Below, one piece after another: positions 1-9,226 of a DNA stretch of 64,000 nt. Both the position numbers and the translations under genes were made by a program. The stretch is taken from contig OZ244207.1 in NCBI GenBank assembly GCA_965216875.1, positions 3,712,001 through 3,776,000 on the forward strand, read 5' to 3'. A model generated the notes under the pieces. That model made no database searches and was not told the origin of the DNA. It saw only the letters and a list, made by a program, of their open reading frames with translations. Every line of letters starts with the position of its first letter. Within the stretch, counting starts at the first letter, position 1. This stretch comes from Rubripirellula sp. (GTDB lineage: Bacteria; Planctomycetota; Planctomycetia; Pirellulales; Pirellulaceae).

Positions 1-54
1 CATGGTGTCGAGTGTCTCGGTGGCATCACCAACGACGATCAAGACTTTCTGCAT
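1..54 (-). CDS. 5' end of a DJ-1/PfpI family protein (runs off the window)
   Basis: Not in the ORF track. Reverse complement from ATG at 54 reads MQKVLIVVGDATETLDTM, resembling the N-terminus of DJ-1/PfpI-family proteins. Only 18 codons are visible. Confidence 0.65.
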   Translation of the reverse strand, partial: MQKVLIVVGDATETLDTM

Positions 55-270
55 GAGTGATCTCGTGCGGGAGCGGGGGCGGGAATGGTGTGTCAATCAG
101 GAAGGAAGCAGAGAATGTTACCCGACACGACCATCCTGCGTTGGCGCGGGACCCGATTTAGTAGCCCGGCATCAAGTGAGTAGGCCGGCATCAAGGAGCG
201 ACAGCGACGCAGATCCGGCACGCCCACACCCCGCGGCACCAAGAACTCAAAGGCGGCCTTCGGGCGATTG

Positions 271-390
271 CAAAAAAAAGACTAGCGACGGTGATCGCTA
301 GTCTTTTGAGATGTTTTAAAAGTCGACGGGCGGGGTGGTGTATGGGGCACGTTACACCACTTCCGCAAGGCAGTGCGGCGCCCATCGACA
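271..390 (-). ncRNA. Candidate structured small RNA or leader (three-way junction plus intrinsic terminator)
   Basis: Minus strand: GTCGATGGGCG pairs with CGCCCGTCGAC and encloses hairpins CCGCA/TGCGG and GTGGTGTA/TACACCAC. An extended -10 (TGTTACACT, 396-404) lies just upstream and a terminator just downstream. Confidence 0.55.
272..307 (-). terminator. Rho-independent terminator (possibly bidirectional)
   Basis: Perfect stem AAAAGACTAGCGA/TCGCTAGTCTTTT with a long T run on the minus strand and T4 on the plus strand. Confidence 0.75.
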
Positions 391-798
391 ACTGAAGTGT
401 AACAGGTTCCCCTTCTTTTTAAAGTCTCTACGGCGCAGTATTTCCCGAAGATTTTTGCGGGCGTGAACGTTGTGAGGGCACCTTGGCGTTTGAGTCGTCT
501 GTGTCGGTTGCTGGGTGCGAAGAGCGTCGAGCTTGCCTAGCTGTCAAACTTGATTACCGACATGGCTCGATGGGACACAGACGAACCACCCGTTAACGGG
601 GATCCGTCGGGACCGAAAAGGGAAAAAGCGAAAAAAATGGGTGCGTTGGTCACCGGTCGGCTCCGCGTTAGCTTGCAACAGTGGTCCGATCGACCACACA
701 AAAAGTTTTGCGTAACGCTCAACGACTTTGGGTTGGTGTCGGATTTCGTCACCGCACCCACCTTCAAGTCCCCACCTCCATCGATTGCGCGACCAACC

Positions 799-1569
799 AT
801 GGCGGGTTCTAACCCTTCGATCAAGCGTCCATCAAGCGCCTCAACGGCCCCAGCCCAACTGAGAACGAGCTCGGCTTCGCATGCTGTTGTGACGCCCATT
901 TCGTCGCTCACACCCCGGCGACAACGGTATTTTCAGATCAAGTACGGGGTCGAACGATGGATTGCGGGTGCGCTGTTTCTGGCGTCCGCCCCGGTTGTTC
1001 TTGTCTTGTTTGCGTTGGTTCGTTTGACATCGCCAGGCCCCGGTTTTTACCGCCAAACGCGTGTTGGCCTGAACGGACGTCTGTTTGAGATCGTCAAACT
1101 GCGATCGATGGTCCAGGACGCCGAAAAGCCTGGGGAAACGATCTGGAGCGGCAAACGAGACCCGCGGGTGACCCGCTTGGGGCGCATCTTGCGAACCACG
1201 CACATGGACGAACTCCCTCAACTACTGAACATCGTTCGAGGTGAAATGTCGCTGATCGGTCCGCGACCGGAGCGGCCTGAGATCTGCGAGCAACTCGCCG
1301 AGAGCATTCCTGGCTACTACAACAGGGCGGCGGTCAAACCCGGTCTGACAGGATTGGCGCAGATCAACCTCCCGCCGGACCAAGAGGTCAGTGATGTGCA
1401 GCGCAAGCAAGTCCTTGACCTCTGCTATATCGATGAAGCCAACGCATCGTTGGAAGTGCGCATTCTGATTGCGACGGCATTGCGTGTTGCCCACATTCGA
1501 GGCCCCATCGTCTCGAAGTGCCTGGGCCTTTGTCGTCAACAATTGCTGGACGACAGCACCGACGAATGA
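799..1569 (+). CDS. Bacterial sugar transferase (priming polyprenyl-phosphate phosphoglycosyl transferase)
   Basis: One TM segment, then YRQTRVG..F...KLRSM, DPRVTRLGRILR..HMDELPQL.N..RGEMSLIGPRPE and VKPGLTGLAQ. ATG at 799 preferred over the ORF-track TTG at 550. Confidence 0.9.
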   Translation: MAGSNPSIKRPSSASTAPAQLRTSSASHAVVTPISSLTPRRQRYFQIKYGVERWIAGALFLASAPVVLVLFALVRLTSPGPGFYRQTRVGLNGRLFEIVKLRSMVQDAEKPGETIWSGKRDPRVTRLGRILRTTHMDELPQLLNIVRGEMSLIGPRPERPEICEQLAESIPGYYNRAAVKPGLTGLAQINLPPDQEVSDVQRKQVLDLCYIDEANASLEVRILIATALRVAHIRGPIVSKCLGLCRQQLLDDSTDE

Positions 1570-1685
1570 ACCCAGCGGCCGCGTCAGCACGCTGCCCGCT
1601 GCGCTCGGCAACAGGTATCTGATAGCTTGTGGAGCATGCCTTTCGTTGCTTGCTTGACTACCGTTGCCTAGCTGGAGTGTTGCCG

Positions 1686-2693
1686 ATGTCGGTCTCTGAC
1701 ACCGAGATCAAATCGATCGAGACCCGTTCGTTGCGAATCGGGATGTGGGGCAACTTGATCATGGCGGCCGCTGGTGTCATCGCGGCCCACATGTCGCGAT
1801 CCGATGCCTTGCTGGTCGATGGCCTTTACTCGGGCGTCAATTTCGTGTCGGCGATTGTCGCGACTCAGGTTGCTGCGTCGGTGCTGCGGCCTGCCAATCG
1901 ACTTTACCCTTTTGGCTACAGCGCGTACGAAGCGATCTACGTCAACTTTCGATCACTGATCTTGGTCGGGATCATCGCCTTCGCCGGATTCAATGCATCC
2001 AAAAAGATCGCCCACTACGCAACCGGTGGTGACGTTCCCGAATTGGTCTTTGGACCGATCTTGATTTACTCGGTGATGATGGTGGCGATCTGCGTTGCAC
2101 TGGCGCTCGTTCATCGCCGCAATTGGCAACGCACCGAAAAGCGAAGCGAAGTGTTGCGCACCGAAGCGAGCGCTTCGACCGTCGATGGTGTGATCAGCGG
2201 CGGGGCGGGGGCTGGCTTGGTTGGCACTCAGCTACTTGAGGGAACGTTTCTTTCCTTTCTCGTCCCCATCTCGGACAGCATCGTCGTACTGGTCATGGCC
2301 GCATTCGTTATCCGAGCGCCACTGCACATGTTCTTTGCGGCGTTAAGAGAAATCGCTGGTGAGTCGGCCGATAAAGAGACGCGCGACAAGGTCCGCAAGC
2401 AGGTCGAACAAATATTGACCGCCAACGAATTCAAAGTGTTCGACGTTGCCGTCACCAAACTCGGGCGTTCGTTTGCCATCGTGCCGTTTGCAAAACCCAA
2501 GCACAGCGTTGACGGTGACCAGGTCGACGCGTTGACACGGAAGATTGAACAAAAGTGCCTTGAGGAACTTGGCGAAACGCGCACGGCGATCGTGATCACC
2601 TCACAGCCACCGTGGCCAGAAGATGTAAATGCGTCCCCCCAAAAAACATCCGAGGCCGGCGGTAGCGATGTCGCAACCGACAGCTCAGATTGA
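1686..2693 (+). CDS. Cation diffusion facilitator (CDF) family transporter
   Basis: About 6 TM helices, S.ALLVDGLYS, RPANRLYPFGY and a C-terminal cytoplasmic domain (VTKLGRS). Confidence 0.8.
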   Translation: MSVSDTEIKSIETRSLRIGMWGNLIMAAAGVIAAHMSRSDALLVDGLYSGVNFVSAIVATQVAASVLRPANRLYPFGYSAYEAIYVNFRSLILVGIIAFAGFNASKKIAHYATGGDVPELVFGPILIYSVMMVAICVALALVHRRNWQRTEKRSEVLRTEASASTVDGVISGGAGAGLVGTQLLEGTFLSFLVPISDSIVVLVMAAFVIRAPLHMFFAALREIAGESADKETRDKVRKQVEQILTANEFKVFDVAVTKLGRSFAIVPFAKPKHSVDGDQVDALTRKIEQKCLEELGETRTAIVITSQPPWPEDVNASPQKTSEAGGSDVATDSSD

Positions 2694-3815
2694 CTAGAAA
2701 CGAAACGCGGCCGCACCGATCACTTGGTTTCGGCGGTTGAACCCATGCTCGACCATCATTTCGACATTGGGGCAGGGAACCCATCGCAGACCGTAGATCG
2801 GATTCCAGGCCGTTTCGACGTCCAAATCGACAACGATTTGCACCGGAATCGCGCCCACGCTTGTGGTGGTCGAAAGTTCCTTGTCAACGTTCATGTAGAA
2901 CGCGCCAACCCAAACGGCAAACTTTGGATTCTGTAGTCCGAAGCGAGGTGCAAAGGTCCGCGCACGGATGCCGTTATCAAGGCCGGACAACATGGTCTCG
3001 GTATAGTTCCAGTCAAACGCGGCGAAGAAGCTTTTGTAGCCAATCGCTCCAGTGCATCCGCCGCCATAGGTGTCACCGGCGTAGTCGATGGAAACCGGAA
3101 TGACGGTGTCGGGGAGCAACCCTGGCACGCCACTGACAACAACGTTCCCACTTGCCGTCCCACTGGTGCGTCCGACCAAACCGTAAACGTTCAGGAAAGG
3201 TAGAACCCAAAAGTCAAAACGCCCGCCGACATTCGTGTCTTGGCTTGTGATTTGAAACGGCGGAACATCGGGCAAGAGCGCCGGTGGGTTTCCGGCAGCA
3301 CCGATACGGATGCCGTCGATGTTCATCGTTTGATCGATGTAAGCGATATTCGCTCCGGCTCCAAACGGAAGTGGCAGCTGGTACCCGAACCGACGTGCTT
3401 CTTCGTTCCAAATCGGGAACACCCGTTCTCGCTCGGGATCGATCAAGCGCCAAAGCAGACACTCTTTGCACTCACATCGCCTGCACCGTCGTTTGCTCGC
3501 GCATCGGGTCGCGCAGTGACAACACTCATGTGATGCAAAGGATTGCGTCACGGCGACGTCCGGGTCCGTGTCGGATGCGATCGAGATGGGCACGACAAGA
3601 TCACTTGGGCTCGTCAAACCGATCGTCTCAAGCTCGTTCTCAGAATCCCAAGCTGAACCGGCATCCCAGTATGACGCCGTGAGAAACTCGGGTTCCGTCG
3701 CCGTGGCTGTCCCTGCAACCAGCAAAAACACCGCTGCAACGATTGCAGAGAGTTTGACGATTGTAGGGCCGCAACAGGCGCGGCGAGCATGCCAAGACTT
3801 CACGATCACTTGCAT
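2694..3815 (-). CDS. Putative outer-membrane beta-barrel protein
   Basis: Signal-like hydrophobic stretch, Cys-rich linker, amphipathic beta strands (RFDFWVLPFLNVYG) and C-terminal FRF. Start uncertain (3869, 3815 or later). Confidence 0.65.
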   Translation of the reverse strand: MQVIVKSWHARRACCGPTIVKLSAIVAAVFLLVAGTATATEPEFLTASYWDAGSAWDSENELETIGLTSPSDLVVPISIASDTDPDVAVTQSFASHECCHCATRCASKRRCRRCECKECLLWRLIDPERERVFPIWNEEARRFGYQLPLPFGAGANIAYIDQTMNIDGIRIGAAGNPPALLPDVPPFQITSQDTNVGGRFDFWVLPFLNVYGLVGRTSGTASGNVVVSGVPGLLPDTVIPVSIDYAGDTYGGGCTGAIGYKSFFAAFDWNYTETMLSGLDNGIRARTFAPRFGLQNPKFAVWVGAFYMNVDKELSTTTSVGAIPVQIVVDLDVETAWNPIYGLRWVPCPNVEMMVEHGFNRRNQVIGAAAFRF

Positions 3816-3986
3816 CCTGCTTTGGATCACGGGTTGGAAAGTACGGATATTCCTTTTTATCGGATGCACTGGCTCGTCAGCTTGCCGAATTCCCCACGTT
3901 TCCCGGGCCGGTAAACCCTGGCGATTACAATGTTTGCAACGCGGGGAACCGGTTTCTTTTCATCTCTTGCCAACCAGAACTCCACC

Positions 3987-5009
3987 ATGCTTCGTCGCTG
4001 TTTCGGTCCACTCGTCGTTGCCACCTTCCTCTGCCAAGCTCCGAGCTTGGTTCAAGCTCAGTCCGACACCGAGTCCACCGCGGGATCGGTCGACAAACCG
4101 GTCGGAAAGGAATTCGAGATTCTCTTTCGTCTCTCGACGGAGCTGATCGAAGACCTCACGCGCCATGAAGTCGAGATGACCGTCCCGGTGAGCCGCACGG
4201 TGGAAGGGATGCCACTTACGGGAACCGCATCAGGCAAAGGAATCACGTCGGTGAATGTCGTCGAATCAGACGACCAAGCCGAGTTCTCGATTTCAATGAC
4301 CGGCAATGCAACGGGCAGGCTTCGAAGCGATGCGGGCCCCGCGATCGTCAGGCTCACCACGCGAGCTCAATTCGTCACGACCAAGCGAATTCAATTCGAC
4401 GGGAACGCGTTCTTTATGTCGCCGGCCGAAACCGACGCAAAAAACTGCACGACGATCGATCGCCTTTGCGCCAAGCGGCGCGGCGTTATTGGCGGCTTGG
4501 TCGAGCAGGTTGGATCTCGCATTGCCAAAAAATCGCTGCCCGACATCAACCAACGCGCCCAAGACATCACGACCGAAATGTTGTCGGACACCTTTGACGA
4601 AGCGGGCGAGGATTTGCTTTCCCGACTCAACGACACCGCCGACTTTGACGAAATGCTCGACAAGTATTTCCCAGAGACCAAAGGCTGGACCTACAAAACG
4701 GCGGCGCGCAAAGACGCGATCATCGCCGGTCTAGGGCCAGAAGATGCCACGTTCCCGTCCATCGTGCTTAACGATGAATACCCAACCCAAGCCCATGCCG
4801 AAATCTGGCTCAAGCTGACGCCAGGACAAGCCGCCATGCTGCAGCTTTTGGGCGACATGGACATCGTTTACGATCTGCTGCGGGAAGCGATGCCCGACCA
4901 AGACGCTGAAACACTCGCCGAAGATGTTAAGCTAACGCGTCAGGGTGATTGGTCCATCATCCTGGTCGGTTTGCCGGCCAACGACGCAAAGTTTTCAAAA
5001 CCAAAGTAG
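3987..5009 (+). CDS. Secreted hypothetical protein
   Basis: Signal peptide (MLRRCFGPLVVATFL...VQA) followed by a long natural-looking ORF. No recognised motif. Confidence 0.75.
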   Translation: MLRRCFGPLVVATFLCQAPSLVQAQSDTESTAGSVDKPVGKEFEILFRLSTELIEDLTRHEVEMTVPVSRTVEGMPLTGTASGKGITSVNVVESDDQAEFSISMTGNATGRLRSDAGPAIVRLTTRAQFVTTKRIQFDGNAFFMSPAETDAKNCTTIDRLCAKRRGVIGGLVEQVGSRIAKKSLPDINQRAQDITTEMLSDTFDEAGEDLLSRLNDTADFDEMLDKYFPETKGWTYKTAARKDAIIAGLGPEDATFPSIVLNDEYPTQAHAEIWLKLTPGQAAMLQLLGDMDIVYDLLREAMPDQDAETLAEDVKLTRQGDWSIILVGLPANDAKFSKPK

Positions 5010-5115
5010 TCCTCTATCTCCCTCAAGCCATTGGCCCCTAAATCCTGTTGGCGATGAATTCTGTTGGGCGGCGAATACTGATGCATGATTCTGGGATGAC
5101 TGACGGGGATTACTG

Positions 5116-6417
5116 ATGAATGATTCTGGCCAAACAAGCGACCGGCCCAAGTCCAAGGCAAAGAAGTGGGCGCTGATCGTTTTCATCGCCCTGGTCGCAA
5201 TCGCCCTGGGCTTTCCCGTGGTTGCCTCCAAGACCTCGCTGCGTGATACGATTCTGCAAAGAATCTTGGGCGACCCGACGCTTCGCGTCTCGTCATCCGC
5301 AGCAAATTTCGGCCTCTTCTCGCCACTCTCGATTTCGGATCTTTCGATTCAGTCATCTGACGGCAGTTTTCAAGCGAGCGTCAAAGAGTTTCGAGCCGAG
5401 AGATCGTGGCTCAGCCTTTTGATGTCGTCTCCCGAACTGGGCAAGATTGAAGTCGAGCAACCCACGATCGATCTCGTGGTAAGCAACCAGGCGGACGATC
5501 GGCAGCCAGCCGCAACGCCCGTCTCCTTCCCGACAATCGACGTCGCCTTGAATCAGTTGTCGTTGCGTGTCCGAAGCGAAGAGAAAGACAAGCCACTGAT
5601 CGACTTGGAATCGTTGGATGTCAATCTTCGCACGGTGCAGCGTGACAAAGGCACGGTGTTGATGGTGGATCCAATCGCCTTTGCTGACAACAAGCCGATC
5701 ACTCCTGAACTGATTGACGACGGCTTGAAAATGCTGATCCCCAATCTTGCCAGCGAAATCGGAGTGAAAGGAACGTTCTCCTTTGAACTAACGAAGCTCG
5801 AGGTGGCGTTGGTCGACGGTTTACATACCGACGATTCGACTTCACAAGAATCAATCATTGAAGGTGTCCTGACAGTGCACACCTTGGAGGCGGGATTGAA
5901 GAACGACGTCACGCGTCGCTTGGCGATGATGGCGTCGGAGTTGCTCGATCTTGGCGGCGGCCCTGAAGCACTTAGCCTGGTACACGATGCCAAAGTCGAA
6001 TTCCGATTGACCGACGGAGCGATCGAACACCAGGCGATGGCATGGGTGTTGCCTGATGACGATGGCGTCAAAATCCAAACCTCGGGTGCCGTCGGTTTTG
6101 ATCATTCGCTCGATCTTGCCGTCGATCTGTTTTTGCTGGGTGAATCCAACGACGAGTCTCCACTATCGAAGCAGCTCGCGGCGAGTCCACTGCGTTTGAC
6201 TGTTGGCGGAACGATCGATCAGCCCCAAGTCGACATGTCCGAAGACCAACCCTGGGTCAAGCAACTGCGTGAAGCGTTGCAATCTCGCAAACTTTCACGC
6301 GATGAACAGGACCTGGTGCGACGCATTGGCGGAGCATTGGACGACTATTTGTCAGATTCGATTGTGAAACGCATTGAATCGGCAATCTCCAACGAAGCGA
6401 CTTCGGAAGATCAATGA
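5116..6417 (+). CDS. AsmA-like membrane-anchored protein
   Basis: N-terminal TM anchor, beta-rich body and an AsmA-like C-terminus (SGAVGFDHSLDL...PLRLTVGGTIDQPQV). Stop overlaps the next start (ATGA). Confidence 0.6.
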   Translation: MNDSGQTSDRPKSKAKKWALIVFIALVAIALGFPVVASKTSLRDTILQRILGDPTLRVSSSAANFGLFSPLSISDLSIQSSDGSFQASVKEFRAERSWLSLLMSSPELGKIEVEQPTIDLVVSNQADDRQPAATPVSFPTIDVALNQLSLRVRSEEKDKPLIDLESLDVNLRTVQRDKGTVLMVDPIAFADNKPITPELIDDGLKMLIPNLASEIGVKGTFSFELTKLEVALVDGLHTDDSTSQESIIEGVLTVHTLEAGLKNDVTRRLAMMASELLDLGGGPEALSLVHDAKVEFRLTDGAIEHQAMAWVLPDDDGVKIQTSGAVGFDHSLDLAVDLFLLGESNDESPLSKQLAASPLRLTVGGTIDQPQVDMSEDQPWVKQLREALQSRKLSRDEQDLVRRIGGALDDYLSDSIVKRIESAISNEATSEDQ

Positions 6418-7082
6418 TCGAAATCGAAGGCGTCCACTTTCGCTATCGACAAAGCGACTTTGAATTGTCCGTGCCCCAATTGACCATTGAACGGGGCGAA
6501 ACGGTTGCCGTGATTGGCCCAAGCGGCAGCGGCAAAACAACGCTTCTGAATCTCGTATCGGGAATCCTCGTTCCGGACCAAGGATCGATTGTCGTCGATG
6601 GCACGAACCTGGCAAACCTGTCCGAGTCGGCACGACGTCACTTTCGCGTCCAATCGATTGGACTCGTGTTTCAGGAATTCGAATTACTCGAGCACTTGAA
6701 TGTTCTCGACAACATCTTGCTTGGTTGCCGAGTGACGCCGGCCGTTTCCGTAACCAGCGACCTGCGTCAGCGGGCACGGGAACTGGCAGATGAAATCGGC
6801 ATTGCCGACAAACTCAATCGATTCGCTCGACAGCTTTCGCAGGGCGAGCGGCAACGCGTCGCCTTTTGTCGGGCGTTGCTTTTGCAACCGCCCGTCCTGC
6901 TATGTGACGAACCGACGGGAAACCTTGACCCCGCCAACAAGTCGCATGTGCTCGACATTCTGTTTGACTACGTTTCACGCAATGACACGACGCTCCTGAC
7001 CGTCACGCACGACCACCAGATGCTGGATCGGTTTGGCCGCACGATCGATTTCAACCAATGGTTGGGGCGAGCGACGGCATGA
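6414..7082 (+). CDS. ABC transporter ATP-binding protein (LolD/MacB-like)
   Basis: GPSGSGKTT, GLVFQEF, LSQGERQR, LLCDEPTGNLD, VTHD. Confidence 0.93.
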   Translation: MIEIEGVHFRYRQSDFELSVPQLTIERGETVAVIGPSGSGKTTLLNLVSGILVPDQGSIVVDGTNLANLSESARRHFRVQSIGLVFQEFELLEHLNVLDNILLGCRVTPAVSVTSDLRQRARELADEIGIADKLNRFARQLSQGERQRVAFCRALLLQPPVLLCDEPTGNLDPANKSHVLDILFDYVSRNDTTLLTVTHDHQMLDRFGRTIDFNQWLGRATA

Positions 7083-8263
7083 TCGATGTTCTCTATTTGG
7101 CATGGCGGTATCTCGCCTATCATCGGCTCAAGACGTGTGTGTTGATCGCTGCGATCACATTGATCATCTACCTGCCGATCGGGTTGAACGTGTTGGTCCG
7201 CCAAAGCGCAAACCAACTCACGGCGCGAGCCAAGTCAACTCCGCTCCTGATTGGCGTAAAAGGGAGTCCGCTCGAGCTCGTGCTTCGCTCGCTCTATTTT
7301 GAGGGAGGTGTGCCGGAGGAAATGTCCTTTTCCGAAGTCGCACGCGTCAAGGATTCGAACCTTGCCACTGCGATTCCCATTCACGCCAAGTACCAAACGC
7401 AACACGGGCCGATCGTTGGCACTTCGCTGCAGTATTTTCAACAACGCCAGCTGAGTATTGGCGACGGGCGTCCCTTTGCGATGCTTGGCGAATGTGTTTT
7501 GGGTGCAAGCGCCGCTCAGGATTCTGGTTTGGTCTTGGGCGACTCGCTGATGTCGACCCCCGAAAGCGTCTTTGACCTCGCCGGCGTTTATCCTCTCAAG
7601 ATGAAGGTCGTCGGTGTTTTGCAACCCACCGGCACTCCCGATGATCACGCCGTGTTTGTCGATGTCAAAACAGCATGGGTCATCGCCGGTCTCGCTCACG
7701 GGCACCAAGACCTTGCCGCCCCCGATGCAAAGAGCGGTGTTCTGAAACGCGATGGCCAATCGATTATCGCGAACGCTTCGGTCAAACAATACAACGAAAT
7801 CACTGCGGCCAATGTCGGGTCGTTTCACTTCCACGGCAATGTCGACGAGTTTCCGATCACGGCCGTTCTTGCCTTCCCCCAAGATGACAAGTCCGATGCC
7901 TTGCTTCAGGGACGCTACTTGGGCAAAGACGAATCCGTGCATGTGGTGCGTCCGGTCGCGGTGATGGACGAGCTGCTCGCCACCATCTTTACGGTTCAAC
8001 AGTATGTCCTGGTGGCCGTCGGCGTTTTGACGGTTGCAACCCTTGCTTCGATGGCCTTGGTGTTCACCCTTTCGCTTCAACTGCGGCGCCGTGAAATGGA
8101 AACGATCCAAAAAATCGGCGGCTCGCGATCTCGAGTCGTTTCGTTGGTGCTTACCGAAATCGGTGTGGTCTTGGTGGGCGGCGCGATCCTCGCAGCAATC
8201 TTGACCACCGTCACGTTCTACCTTGCTGATTCCGCCACGCGCTGGATCGTCCAGATGAGCTAA
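7079..8263 (+). CDS. FtsX/MacB-type ABC permease
   Basis: N-terminal 'LAWRYL..HRLKT' plus TM, large periplasmic domain, C-terminal TMs with RRREMETIQKIGG. ATGA-coupled to the ATPase. Confidence 0.85.
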   Translation: MIDVLYLAWRYLAYHRLKTCVLIAAITLIIYLPIGLNVLVRQSANQLTARAKSTPLLIGVKGSPLELVLRSLYFEGGVPEEMSFSEVARVKDSNLATAIPIHAKYQTQHGPIVGTSLQYFQQRQLSIGDGRPFAMLGECVLGASAAQDSGLVLGDSLMSTPESVFDLAGVYPLKMKVVGVLQPTGTPDDHAVFVDVKTAWVIAGLAHGHQDLAAPDAKSGVLKRDGQSIIANASVKQYNEITAANVGSFHFHGNVDEFPITAVLAFPQDDKSDALLQGRYLGKDESVHVVRPVAVMDELLATIFTVQQYVLVAVGVLTVATLASMALVFTLSLQLRRREMETIQKIGGSRSRVVSLVLTEIGVVLVGGAILAAILTTVTFYLADSATRWIVQMS

Positions 8264-8269
8264 CTCAAT

Positions 8270-9226
8270 ATGGAAACACTCAAATCACAAACGTTGTTCG
8301 CGGCCTTCGGTTGGCTGTTGCTTCTTGCTGGTTGCTCAAATCAAGCTCAAACGCAACCCGCACCGGCTGCGATCGATGATCGCCCCCTCAACGTCTACAC
8401 GGTCAATTATCCGCTCCAGTATTTTGCGCAGCAGATTGGCAGCGACGACGCGAACGTCATGTTTCCGTGCCCGGCAGATCAGGATCCTGCATTTTGGGTA
8501 CCGACGGGTGATCAGATCGCGGCCTACCACACCGCCGATGTCGTCTTCGTCAACGGCGCCACCTATGCCAAGTGGACCAAGACGGCCTCCTTGCCAGACG
8601 TGATTTGGAACACGACAGCACACATCAAAGATCGCTACATCACGATCGAGGATGCCGTTTCGCATTCACACGGACCTGGGCAACAACACACGCATGCGGG
8701 AACCGCGTTCACCACCTGGCTCGATCCCAAAATCGCGATCCAACAAGCCGAAGCGATCGCCGATCGATTGTCACAGCTCCGCCCGCAGTCTAAGCGAGAA
8801 ATCCAAAACAACTTCGCGATTCTCAAACGCGACTTGCTTGAACTCGACGCGTCTCTCACCGAGGTCACGCACGACGCGTCGGCAACACCTGTCCTGTTTT
8901 CCCACCCAGTCTACCAGTACCTCGAGCGCGCCTACCAACTCAATGGTCGAAGCGTCCACTTTGAACCCGATGTGGTGGCGCCCGAGAAGGCGTGGCTCGA
9001 GCTTGAAGAGTTGCTCAAAGAGCATCCCGCAAAAGTCATGATTTGGGAAAAGACACCTTCCGAAGCGAACCGCAAACGGTTGTTGTCACTCGGAATCGAG
9101 AGCGTGACCTTCGACCCTTGCGGCAACAAGCCAGAAGTGCAGGACTACCAAGCGGTGATGAAAGAAAACGTCACAAACCTTGCGACCGCACTGGGCAGCC
9201 GCTCGGGGCAAGTGACAAGCGATTAG
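8270..9226 (+). CDS. ZnuA/TroA-fold metal-binding lipoprotein (atypical ligand set)
   Basis: Lipobox LAGC, YPLQYFAQQIG, ADVVFVNG, His-rich loop HSHGPGQQHTH, WLDP, SHPVYQYL and Y...M..N. Confidence 0.85.
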   Translation: METLKSQTLFAAFGWLLLLAGCSNQAQTQPAPAAIDDRPLNVYTVNYPLQYFAQQIGSDDANVMFPCPADQDPAFWVPTGDQIAAYHTADVVFVNGATYAKWTKTASLPDVIWNTTAHIKDRYITIEDAVSHSHGPGQQHTHAGTAFTTWLDPKIAIQQAEAIADRLSQLRPQSKREIQNNFAILKRDLLELDASLTEVTHDASATPVLFSHPVYQYLERAYQLNGRSVHFEPDVVAPEKAWLELEELLKEHPAKVMIWEKTPSEANRKRLLSLGIESVTFDPCGNKPEVQDYQAVMKENVTNLATALGSRSGQVTSD

